Shown in pieces: positions 24,933-31,229 of a stretch of 31,229 bases of DNA. The stretch covers positions 1 to 31,229 of the IMG/VR virus record IMGVR_UViG_3300017716_002651; one strand, given 5' to 3'. Each line of letters starts with the position of its first letter. Positions within the stretch are counted from its first letter, which is position 1. The notes under the pieces are model-generated. The model had not been told where the DNA came from. It searched no databases and was given only the letters and a program-made list of their open reading frames with translations. Source of the DNA: a virus. Its lineage: Duplodnaviria > Caudoviricetes. The position numbers and the translations under genes were made by a program.

Positions 24933-25769
24933 ATGGTTACTATAAATAGTTTATCAGGTGGTAAAACATCTTCTTATTTAGCAGTTCATTTTCCTGCTGA
25001 CTTTGAAATATTTTCATTAGTATGTAATGAAGATGCTAAATGTGGACACCCCGATAAATCAATAATGAAGTTTGCAAATGATAAACTTGCCAATTATGCT
25101 CCTTACTTTGGTGAATTTATTGGTACACCTGAGAATCCTATCATTTTAAAAACAATGATTGATTTAGAGCAAAAGTTAGGTAAAGAGATTACCTGGGTAA
25201 GAGGATTATCTATGGATAAGGTAATTGAGAACCACGATGCACTACCTAATCAAAACATGAGATTTTGTACTACTGAAACTAAAATGATTCCTATTTTTGA
25301 GTGGTGTTACATGAATACCGAGTTACCAGTTCTAATGAGGGTTGGCTATAGGTGGGATGAAAAGGAAAGGAAAGATAATTTTAATACTTACTTTAAATAT
25401 AGCCACGTTTGCAGGAAAAAGAATGTATGGCAACATAAATGGAAGGAAATACAGTGGAGAGTAGGTGAATTTCCTTTAATAGAAAATCTGATTCATACAA
25501 GTAATATTCAAAACTTTTGGAAAGATTCTGATATTGTTTTCCCAAAAGACTCAAATTGCCAATTTTGTTTTTGGAAAGATGCTCAACAAATTTTAAGAAA
25601 CTCAATTACCTGTTCACCTCAGATAAACTGGGCAGACAATATTGAAAAGAAAATGGGTAACAGATTTAGATTTGATATGTCAATTAACCAAATTAAAAGA
25701 CTTCCTATGCAATTAGACTTTTTTGAAACCGATGGTGCAAGCTGTCAGGCAGGAGAGTGTTTGCCATGA
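24933..25769 (+). CDS. PP-loop adenine nucleotide alpha-hydrolase (PAPS-reductase-like) protein
   Basis: SLSGGKTS PP-loop; RFCT; SNCQFCFWK; C-terminal CQAGEC. Confidence 0.8.
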   Translation: MVTINSLSGGKTSSYLAVHFPADFEIFSLVCNEDAKCGHPDKSIMKFANDKLANYAPYFGEFIGTPENPIILKTMIDLEQKLGKEITWVRGLSMDKVIENHDALPNQNMRFCTTETKMIPIFEWCYMNTELPVLMRVGYRWDEKERKDNFNTYFKYSHVCRKKNVWQHKWKEIQWRVGEFPLIENLIHTSNIQNFWKDSDIVFPKDSNCQFCFWKDAQQILRNSITCSPQINWADNIEKKMGNRFRFDMSINQIKRLPMQLDFFETDGASCQAGECLP

Positions 25770-26020
25770 GTATTATTGCTACTCTAAACCATTGCAATAT
25801 ACGCAAGGTTAAAGGTATTTTCTATGCTGATGTGAGAACCATAGAGTTAAAAGAATACCTTGAGAAACGTGCCTCAGAAAAAGGGATGGAATTGATAGTT
25901 ACTCACAAACCTGCTCCACATCACTTTAAAACCAAGCAGGATTACCTGGACTATACCATTGCTAACAATGAGAATTTTAATAATTTCGTAAAAGAATTGG
26001 GCTTAAAATTAAATGAATAA
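25766..26020 (+). CDS. Hypothetical protein
   Basis: MSIIA start is ATGA-coupled. Confidence 0.55.
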   Translation: MSIIATLNHCNIRKVKGIFYADVRTIELKEYLEKRASEKGMELIVTHKPAPHHFKTKQDYLDYTIANNENFNNFVKELGLKLNE

Positions 26021-26207
26021 CAGATTAGAAGATAGCAAGATTGAAACTATCATAAATGCTTTTGTAAATTGTGAGAACATACCAAAGTTAAGCAAGGAAA
26101 TAAATGTTAGCGAACCGATTTGTAATAAGTACATTCAATTGTACCTTGGAACAAAGATTAATACAACTATTAAAACAATACCAGCAACATGGACAACAGA
26201 TTGCTAA
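26013..26207 (+). CDS. Small HTH-like protein
   Basis: NIPKLSKEINVSEPICNKY. Confidence 0.5.
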   Translation: MNNRLEDSKIETIINAFVNCENIPKLSKEINVSEPICNKYIQLYLGTKINTTIKTIPATWTTDC

Positions 26208-26779
26208 ATCAAAGTAAATTTATAATGTACCTTTCTGAAAAGTTTGGATTTGATACTGATACTGAAATAGAAATATTTGAAAAAGAACAAAGAATAAAGG
26301 TTGAATTAATTATCCCTTCACAATTAGTAGATATAAATATGTTAATACTACTTGTAGAAAGAGAGTTTAATATCCCTGCTGGTTCGCTTAAAAGTAATTC
26401 TAGGAAATCTAGCATTGTGCCACTAAGATTTGTCTTATATCACCTTCTACATAATATTGATACTATTATATTCAGTAAAACGTGGTTAGGTAACGTATTC
26501 AATCGTAACCACTCATCAGTAATATTTGGTATAAATAAAGTAAATGATATGACTGATATTAATGATATTCAATATCTTCGCATAAAACAAACCATTTCTA
26601 AAATTATTGAAAACCATGCTGTTAAAAAAGAAGAAGTTATGCAAGACGTGCGAAACACTACAGTACATTTGGGCGAACGGAAATTGTTGGGGATGTTCCA
26701 ATCTTCCTATAAACAAAAAGAAACCGAGCAAATCCAAACTACTCAAAGATGGAATGAGCGTGAATTTGCACAATTGTAG
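26189..26779 (+). CDS. DnaA domain IV-like HTH protein
   Basis: LKSNSRKSSIVPLR...WLGNVFNRNHSSVIFGINKV. Confidence 0.75.
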   Translation: MDNRLLNQSKFIMYLSEKFGFDTDTEIEIFEKEQRIKVELIIPSQLVDINMLILLVEREFNIPAGSLKSNSRKSSIVPLRFVLYHLLHNIDTIIFSKTWLGNVFNRNHSSVIFGINKVNDMTDINDIQYLRIKQTISKIIENHAVKKEEVMQDVRNTTVHLGERKLLGMFQSSYKQKETEQIQTTQRWNEREFAQL

Positions 26780-27083
26780 TAAGCCTAGTGGTGAACTTGC
26801 ACTTTTTCAAAGTATTTGGAATAGCCGACCACACAAATGTTCTGTAACTAGCAATCCATTAGGTGAGTTTAATATCTGGTATTTTAGCCATATATTACCT
26901 AAAAGTATGTACCCAAAATTTAGGCTTTACGATAAGAATATTGTTCTTAAAAGTGCTGCCATGCACCATAAATGGGAAACTACCGCACATAGCGATTTAG
27001 CAAAAGACCCAAGGTGGATACCTATTCTTAAACTTAGAGAAGAACTACTTGATGAATATAATATCATAAGAAATGAACACTGA
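26607..27083 (+). CDS. NinG/HNH-like nuclease with N-terminal Zn finger
   Basis: CKTC...CWGC; FSHILPKSMYPKFRLYDKNIVL...HHKWE; likely start MLLKKK. Confidence 0.65.
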   Translation: MKTMLLKKKKLCKTCETLQYIWANGNCWGCSNLPINKKKPSKSKLLKDGMSVNLHNCSKPSGELALFQSIWNSRPHKCSVTSNPLGEFNIWYFSHILPKSMYPKFRLYDKNIVLKSAAMHHKWETTAHSDLAKDPRWIPILKLREELLDEYNIIRNEH

Positions 27084-27330
27084 ACACAAGCAAATAGTTA
27101 TATATAACTGTGAAACTAAGCAAGTAATCTACATATTTGTAGGATATGCTGCTTGTTCAAAGTTATTATTTCCAAAAGAATCTAAGCAGTATTTTACTAA
27201 AAAGATAAGATACCACATGGAGATTAAGAAAAAACTTATGTGTGATTTTTTAGGATTTGAAATTGCTATTAGAAAAGCCTCAGAGGCTCAAATTACTTTA
27301 TTAGGAACAGAAGATTATATTAAACTTTAA
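27073..27330 (+). CDS. Hypothetical protein (NUMOD1-like N-terminus possible)
   Basis: KQIVIYNCETKQVIYIF. Confidence 0.5.
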   Translation: MNTEHKQIVIYNCETKQVIYIFVGYAACSKLLFPKESKQYFTKKIRYHMEIKKKLMCDFLGFEIAIRKASEAQITLLGTEDYIKL

Positions 27331-27333
27331 ATT

Positions 27334-29448
27334 ATGGGAATAAATGTTTTATCATGCTTTGATGGTTGCAGTGGCGGAAATCAAGCATTAGAAAGAATAG
27401 GAATTAAAGTTGACAATTACTTTGCAAGTGAGATTGATAAGTATGCCATCCAAGTTACTATGGCTAATTATCCTAATACTATTCAATTGGGTAGTGTTGT
27501 TGATGTGGATTGTAGTAAACTACCTAAGATTGATTTATTAATTGGAGGTTCACCTTGCCAAAGTTTTAGCTTTGCAGGTAAGCGAAAAGGAATGTCAACA
27601 AAATGCGAAACCGAGATATTAACCCTAGAGCATTACTTGGAACTAAAATCAGATGGTTTTGAATTTGAGGGGCAGTCTTATTTATTTTGGGAGTACATGA
27701 GAATACTAAATGAAGTTAAGCCTAAGTATTTTCTGCTTGAAAATGTAGAAATGGGCGAAAAGTGGGAAAAGGTATTAAGCAAAGCTATTGGAGTAAATGG
27801 TATTCATATTAATTCTGCTTTGGTTTCGGCTCAAAATAGGAAGCGTATCTATTGGTTTAATTTTGGTATTCCTACAATAGATTTGTTTGGAGAAACTACC
27901 TATCACATACCTCAACCAAAAGATAAGGGTATTTTATTGAAAGATATTTTAGATAGTGAAGTTGATGAAAAGTATTTTTTGAGCGAGAAAATGTTAAAAT
28001 CATTAATGGCAGACAAAGACCTTGGTAATGGAGTTTGGAAAGGCATGGAAACAAGGGAACTTTTTGAAAAAGGACATACTATTACAGCTAGAATGGGCAA
28101 ATCTGATAATTACATTAAGATTGATAAAAAAGGAAATGTAAAGGATAACCAAGAAAAAGCATCTTGTTTCACAGCAGGAGGACATTCTGGTGGAAATCAT
28201 TCTGACATGGATTTAATTGTACACAATACAATGCCAAGAAGTAGTACAACAGGGAAAGGAGGAACAGGTCATTTAAGCAGAAACGATGGTAAAACTTATT
28301 GCTTAGATACTGGTAATACAAATGCTGTTGAGATAGTGGCAATGAGAGGCAGAGGTGAAAAAGGTAATATTGAGCAACAACTTAAAACCAATGGTACTGA
28401 TAAAAGTAATTCACTAACAACTGCTCAGAAAGATAACCTTGTAAGACAATTAAACCCATCAACAGAAAGTAATGGTAAGCAACCATACCAACAAAACAGA
28501 ATTTACGATATAGAAGGTATAAGTCCTGCTTTAATGGCTCAATTACCAAAAGGCAGTACAATGATTAATACTTCACGAATTAGAAGATTAACTCCAACCG
28601 AATGCGAAAAATTGCAGACAATGAATCCAGGATATACTAAAAAAGGTTTGGAAAATCATTTCCAATTATTTAACTTTACAGGAAATAAATTTACCTTATG
28701 TCAAAGATTTGTAAAGAAGAAAATTGTAACCAACCAATTTCAAGTAGAGAAACTGAATTATGCCACAAACACCATTATAGACTTATTAGAAACGGAACAA
28801 CTGAATTATCAAGATCACTTGTTGACCACTCTAAAAAATGTATCGTGGATGGTTGTGAACGAAAGCAACAATCTTCAACAGAAACGTGTCTTATGCACTA
28901 TAAAAGATGGAAAAGATATGGGGCATTTATTATTCCCGAAAGAATTAATAAATCAGAATTTAAATGTAAGTTTTGTGATACGAAAGTTGGAAGGTCAGGA
29001 AGCCTTGGAATGTGTAACAAACATTTCCAAATGTTCAGATTACATGGAGACCCATTACATACCGACCAAAGAAGGCTTGCTCCAAACGCATACGGATATT
29101 ATAGAGATACCGATGGAGTCGAATTTCACAGAAAAATTGCTGAACAAAAAATTGGTAGAAAACTTATTAAGGGAGTCGAAGTCGTACATCATATTGACCT
29201 TAATAAAATTAATAATAACCCAAGCAATTTACAAGTCCTTACAAAATCAGAACACGCCCGTACACATCAACAGCTTAATAAAATTGCAGGACAACTCATT
29301 AGAGCTGGAGTTATTGTATATAGAAACGGAGAATATTGTATCAATTTCTGATAGTATGCGTTACAAAATGATTGGAAATGGTTGGACAATTTCTGTGATA
29401 GCCCACATATTTAGTTACCTCAACCTATCTTCAGAAACAACTTCCTAA
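27334..29448 (+). CDS. C5-cytosine DNA methyltransferase with ~230-codon insertion between motifs IX and X
   Basis: VLSCFDG, GGSPCQ, LLENV, QNRKRIYW, repeated variable-region units, RRLTPTECEKLQT, then insertion, then SDSMRYKMIGNGW. Confidence 0.92.
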   Translation: MGINVLSCFDGCSGGNQALERIGIKVDNYFASEIDKYAIQVTMANYPNTIQLGSVVDVDCSKLPKIDLLIGGSPCQSFSFAGKRKGMSTKCETEILTLEHYLELKSDGFEFEGQSYLFWEYMRILNEVKPKYFLLENVEMGEKWEKVLSKAIGVNGIHINSALVSAQNRKRIYWFNFGIPTIDLFGETTYHIPQPKDKGILLKDILDSEVDEKYFLSEKMLKSLMADKDLGNGVWKGMETRELFEKGHTITARMGKSDNYIKIDKKGNVKDNQEKASCFTAGGHSGGNHSDMDLIVHNTMPRSSTTGKGGTGHLSRNDGKTYCLDTGNTNAVEIVAMRGRGEKGNIEQQLKTNGTDKSNSLTTAQKDNLVRQLNPSTESNGKQPYQQNRIYDIEGISPALMAQLPKGSTMINTSRIRRLTPTECEKLQTMNPGYTKKGLENHFQLFNFTGNKFTLCQRFVKKKIVTNQFQVEKLNYATNTIIDLLETEQLNYQDHLLTTLKNVSWMVVNESNNLQQKRVLCTIKDGKDMGHLLFPKELINQNLNVSFVIRKLEGQEALECVTNISKCSDYMETHYIPTKEGLLQTHTDIIEIPMESNFTEKLLNKKLVENLLRESKSYIILTLIKLIITQAIYKSLQNQNTPVHINSLIKLQDNSLELELLYIETENIVSISDSMRYKMIGNGWTISVIAHIFSYLNLSSETTS
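28647..28678 (+). promoter_or_regulatory. Internal promoter for the nested HNH gene
   Basis: TTTG-N20-TAACTTTA (one mismatch to TAnnTTTG), overlapping hairpin TTGGAAA-ATCA-TTTCCAA, 19 nt before ATG 28698. Confidence 0.55.
28698..29351 (+). CDS. HNH endonuclease nested out of frame in the MTase
   Basis: Three Cys/His repeats (C...C...C-x2-H-x2-R...G) and HRKIAE...VVHHIDLNKINNNPSNL...EHARTH. Confidence 0.9.
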   Translation: MSKICKEENCNQPISSRETELCHKHHYRLIRNGTTELSRSLVDHSKKCIVDGCERKQQSSTETCLMHYKRWKRYGAFIIPERINKSEFKCKFCDTKVGRSGSLGMCNKHFQMFRLHGDPLHTDQRRLAPNAYGYYRDTDGVEFHRKIAEQKIGRKLIKGVEVVHHIDLNKINNNPSNLQVLTKSEHARTHQQLNKIAGQLIRAGVIVYRNGEYCINF

Positions 29449-29974
29449 GGCCAATTCTTCCAGCATGGTATAGCAAGAAACAAGCTCCAATAATTGCAAG
29501 CCAATTTTTGAACTGTTCCCAAATCTTAACATACCACTTATCCTTTATAATAGGTGCTGGTTTAACAATTACTTGTGAATGGGTACTTATACTATCTTTT
29601 GATTTATAGCTTTGCAATTCGCTTGTAAGTGACTTAATTTTATAACTAAATCTACTTTCAATAGCAGATATATCAACGAAATACTTCACTTTATTGTCTT
29701 TAACAACTATTTTAATAGCAACATTTTCATTTTTGAACTTATATGTGCCATCCTCTGAGGTAGAAAGTTCACCAGAATCTTTTACCGCAGCAGTGTAAAC
29801 AATGCTATCTTTAGTAATAATAGCCACTGAATCTTTTATGATAGTTGAATCTTTGTAGGTTACTACTAAGCTATCTTTGGTAGTTGTAGTTCCTGGATAT
29901 TTTCGCTCACACATTTTTTGTGTTGCACAACTTCCTAGAAATAGTGATAAAAGTGCTATTAATATAATTCTCAT
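29420..29974 (-). CDS. Lipoprotein, probable unimolecular spanin
   Basis: Lipobox LFLGS-C, beta-rich middle, C-terminal TM WLAIIGACFLLY; follows the endolysin. Confidence 0.7.
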   Translation of the reverse strand: MRIILIALLSLFLGSCATQKMCERKYPGTTTTKDSLVVTYKDSTIIKDSVAIITKDSIVYTAAVKDSGELSTSEDGTYKFKNENVAIKIVVKDNKVKYFVDISAIESRFSYKIKSLTSELQSYKSKDSISTHSQVIVKPAPIIKDKWYVKIWEQFKNWLAIIGACFLLYHAGRIGLRKLFLKIG

Positions 29975-30399
29975 ACAATTGTCAAAGTTATTTTTTCAGT
30001 CTTTTCAACCTTCTTCAATTCTGCCATAAATTTAGTCATAGCTGCTACACTTGCACCCACAAAATTAACTGCCTTGGTTGTTCCTAGCAAAAGGCATCCA
30101 TGAGAATCTGCTGCTTTATTACCAGCGTGAATCCTAATTCCCTCAAATCCTTTTACATTTAATACCTCAGGAAGATATTTCTGAAAGCGATTAGAGAACG
30201 ATAGAATGACTTTATACGTTCCTTTTGGTATAGCAGTTAGTCCATAAACTTTCGCTTCACCTACATCATCTAAATCACCATCTTTGTTAATATCCCTATC
30301 AAAGTCCTCTAGGGTATAACAGAAAAATTTGCCATTAATTGACAACTCACCAATTGTTGAATCCTTCGTAAAGGTTGTTCTTTTAACTAATATTTCCAT
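29971..30399 (-). CDS. DUF5675-type putative endolysin
   Basis: STIGEL...YTLED...TAIPKGTY...GIRIHAGN...DSHGCLLLG; start moved to MEILVKR. Confidence 0.8.
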   Translation of the reverse strand: MEILVKRTTFTKDSTIGELSINGKFFCYTLEDFDRDINKDGDLDDVGEAKVYGLTAIPKGTYKVILSFSNRFQKYLPEVLNVKGFEGIRIHAGNKAADSHGCLLLGTTKAVNFVGASVAAMTKFMAELKKVEKTEKITLTIV

Positions 30400-30518
30400 A
30401 TTAACATTCCTATTATATAAATTATTAACCCTATAAACAAAAGTATCTCCCACCATTTAGGCTTGTTAGGCTGTGGTTTTTGAACAAATAGCTTACTATA
30501 AGGTGTTGTTGCTTCCAT
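30387..30518 (-). CDS. 43-aa single-TM protein (not in ORF track)
   Basis: MEATTPYSKLFVQKPQPNKPKWWEILLFIGLIIYIIGMLIWKY*; fills the gap between holin and lysin. Confidence 0.6.
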   Translation of the reverse strand: MEATTPYSKLFVQKPQPNKPKWWEILLFIGLIIYIIGMLIWKY

Positions 30519-30519
30519 T

Positions 30520-30816
30520 TTAATCTACTTTTATTTCTTTGTCTTTACTAAGCCTATTTGTTGCAATTAAAGCTGTTCCTATAGTAAGCATAGCCAATGA
30601 TTGCATTATGATACTTTGGAAAGCAGCAAGCACTGGACTATAATCTGTAGCATACTTTGATGTAAACCATAAAATAACTATGGTACTTAAGGCACAGATA
30701 AAGAAACAAAAAATTGCAACCATAGATGCTAATACACCTATAAATTTAGTAGGGCTTGTTACACCCTTTGAATCGTTAACCATTTCTGGCCAACTAAATT
30801 CGTTAATCTTATTCAT
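30520..30816 (-). CDS. Putative holin (2 TM)
   Basis: Two hydrophobic segments, charged tail, lysis context. Confidence 0.7.
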   Translation of the reverse strand: MNKINEFSWPEMVNDSKGVTSPTKFIGVLASMVAIFCFFICALSTIVILWFTSKYATDYSPVLAAFQSIIMQSLAMLTIGTALIATNRLSKDKEIKVD

Positions 30817-30980
30817 TTCTTATCCCAATTTCTTACCAACTTAACTATTGATAAAATCGAAAATATAAAGGCTGCTAATCCTGCAAACACTTGAACGATT
30901 GGCAAAACTGCTAAGAAATAAGAGGCTATAACGCCACCCCAAACTAAGATATTTTCAAATAAAAGGACTGAATTTTTCAT
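30813..30980 (-). CDS. 55-aa membrane protein, holin-like (not in ORF track)
   Basis: MKNSVLLFENILVWGGVIASYFLAVLPIVQVFAGLAAFIFSILSIVKLVRNWDKK*; ATGA-coupled to 30816. Confidence 0.65.
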   Translation of the reverse strand: MKNSVLLFENILVWGGVIASYFLAVLPIVQVFAGLAAFIFSILSIVKLVRNWDKK

Positions 30981-31024
30981 TACAACATTATTTTTTTTTG
31001 GTTTGAAATTTATTTTTAGGTAGA

Positions 31025-31229
31025 TTATGTATTAAATTTTATTACGATAAATCCTGTAGTACCTGTTGTCATAGACACTTGAATACTATCATTACTTACT
31101 TTATTAGTTAATAATTGAACATTTGGAGATTTCTCTACAATTATAACTGATTTTAAATTATTTCCATAGCCTACAAAAATTGTATCTGATGCAGTTATTG
31201 TATGGTAATCTATATAAAAATAAGTGTAG
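31025..31229 (-). CDS. C-terminal end of a beta-rich late protein (partial)
   Basis: Frame open from the window edge: ...YTYFYIDYHTITASDTIFVGYG...TGFIVIKFNT*. Confidence 0.5.
   Translation of the reverse strand, partial: YTYFYIDYHTITASDTIFVGYGNNLKSVIIVEKSPNVQLLTNKVSNDSIQVSMTTGTTGFIVIKFNT

Noticed and set aside
2812-28200. Short minus-strand ORFs in the track (e.g. 2812, 3666, 5039, 5645, 7766, 9391, 9883, 10723, 12514, 13284, 15186, 17216, 18153, 19190, 20216, 21618, 24407, 25393, 26209, 26516, 27912, 28003)
   Set aside because: Antisense shadows of plus-strand genes with F/L/S/I-rich composition and no motifs.
28640-29345. Intein or group I intron in the large MTase
   Set aside because: No C/S...HN intein ends; the HNH is in another frame; only ~55 nt of non-HNH sequence 5' and none 3', too little for a ribozyme core.
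1-31229. Stop-codon reassignment
   Set aside because: Long conserved genes are intact under the standard code and end in TAA, TAG and TGA.

Overview
AT-rich dsDNA phage (or prophage) segment, most likely infecting Bacteroidota. The host inference rests on recurrent TTG-N18-22-TAnnTTTG promoters and A-rich leaders without Shine-Dalgarno sites. Left to right: two tRNA-like elements; a G-poor stretch that may be the genome terminus; an early region of small genes including an ArdA-type antirestriction protein; a ~4 kb array of 8 gene cassettes separated by attC-like palindromes (9945-13979, cargo includes two DNA methyltransferases, no integrase in the window); a replication/recombination module (two NUMOD4-HNH-AP2 endonucleases flanking DnaB, SSB-like protein, SMC-like ATPase, RusA, MazG-like protein, serine resolvase, PP-loop protein, DnaA-C-like HTH, NinG-like nuclease, a large C5 methyltransferase with a nested out-of-frame HNH gene); and a convergent minus-strand lysis cassette. 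The best candidate for an undescribed system is the cassette array. It appears inverted relative to canonical integrons: each gene's palindrome lies upstream and often supplies its start codon, the sense strand is the better-folding strand, and a hairpin-less attI-like end sits next to a small HTH-like gene. Also notable are the dual-coding MTase/HNH overlap, three tRNA mimics lacking a normal anticodon arm, pseudoknot-like leaders on both HNH genes, and a multi-hairpin ncRNA candidate. All family calls are from motif recognition by eye; no searches were run.
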